64,000 nt of DNA, taken from NCBI GenBank assembly GCA_030390025.1, contig CM059438.1, forward strand, positions 70,496,001 through 70,560,000, written 5' to 3'. This document shows positions 62,663-64,000 of this stretch, one piece after another. The stretch is from Squalus acanthias (lineage: Eukaryota). Each line of letters begins with the position of its first letter. Position 1 is the first letter of the stretch. The position numbers were made by a program, and so were the translations under genes. The notes under the pieces were generated by a model that had not been told where the DNA came from, did no database searches, and saw nothing but the letters and a program-made list of their open reading frames with translations.

Positions 62663-64000
62663 GAAGACTGCCAGGGATCATATTAAGCTTCAGAAATAAA
62701 GTTTCAGAGATGGTTTTATACTGGTTCGACTACACTGCAGCCAGTGTTAAGCAAATGTGAAGCAACATGACCCCACATTCTCAAGATGGTCTGCCACAGA
62801 TTGCTGAATGTAGAATTATTCTCAATGTGAAAATCATATTGCATCGAGGCAACTATCCCATAAAACTTTGGTCATTTTGTGTCCAAACCTGGCAAGACAA
62901 TTTGGATTTTTTTTAAAAATTCCAGTAGTCCTTTTAAAAAAGCAATAGATCTTATTGATTTGTTCTCTCCCTCACATCACCAGGATGTTATCCCATCATA
63001 AATCTGACCTACCTCTGGAGCAATCTGTATTTTTATTAAAAACAAAACTTGTGATATATAAAGTTGCTAAAAAAAAAATTGGACCCTGCTACTAGAAAAA
63101 ACATTCCAGCAACTCCCTCAGTTGTAAAGGACTTGGGGCATATTTATGGCATGTGGCTCATATGTTAAGCAAAGAGAACACAGCTTGGACTTTTTCATAA
63201 TCTGAGAATATGAAATGGTTTCCCACCCCAAATTAAAATCGTACAGTGTACAATGCCAACTTAAAATCACTTGGATAAAACACCAATAGGGCTGCAACTT
63301 GAGCTGATGGAAACCCAAGTTGGGCGTCCAAATCTGATGATACAGTGTGGTTTCCCTACAGCCAAGAGAATTAGCAGTTTGGGTAATGTAAGAATTGTAG
63401 CCAAATAAAGCTGTGGCGAGTATTTGGCCATTAAACCTGAGTACCAAGTACAAGTTACATTTTATCTATTTATTTGTTCAAGATATTTATATGGGATATC
63501 CCAGTTAAGCTGGGGAGGTTGTTTACAATGGGTTCCTGCCCAAGGGCAGTTCCCAGTCACAGCAGGGTGTAGCAGACAACTTAGATATGACGCAGATCAA
63601 AGCAGCACAATCATGAATGTGATGAGTATGTTACTTCTGTCCTTTAGTAAAAAGTTCTGATATTTTGTTTATAAAAATTTATGATGATTGGTTGCTGACC
63701 GCAGGTCGGCAGGAAATATGTTGTAAAAGAGACTGTTTAAAATTGAGTTCTATCTTTAGGTCTGCGCAACTGAAATATTGCTTGGCATTATTCACACACA
63801 CACACACACACACAAGCTCTGCAATTATTCGAGGTCTTCAGAAATGTCTTTATTTGAACAGAAGTCTTAATTCAAAAGAAGGGTATAGACTGGAAAATGG
63901 CAGATGCTACTAAACTGCATGGTTTTGTGCTGGCATTGCTCCTGCTTGACTATAATGTAAGCTTCTGAAATGGCTGATGATATTCTTTTGTGACGATATG

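Overview
This is eukaryotic, vertebrate DNA, most likely a shark or other chondrichthyan (inferred from the CR1/L2/RTE/Deu-SINE/Penelope repertoire), not a prokaryote. The window lies inside the astrotactin-1 gene (ASTN1, + strand). Two phase-compatible coding exons (7513-7646 and 15887-16035) are followed by an intron of more than 48 kb. Most of the rest is a nested transposable-element landscape: L2, CR1 and RTE LINEs, tRNA-Deu SINEs, Harbinger elements carrying a Myb/SANT gene, Harbinger/hAT/Tc1-pogo MITEs, and a decayed Gypsy element. Three signals stand out. (1) Four short TSD-flanked insertions from two unrelated Penelope-like families each carry a minimal hammerhead-ribozyme motif with cross-family covariation, and two of them are long fold-back palindromes hinged at the ribozyme. 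(2) Local DNA has repeatedly been copied into retroelement junctions. (3) All four larger Harbinger elements share a CRE/CCAAT/GC-box module near one end, and two also share a double hairpin. All calls were made by eye without database searches. Element boundaries without TSDs are approximate.
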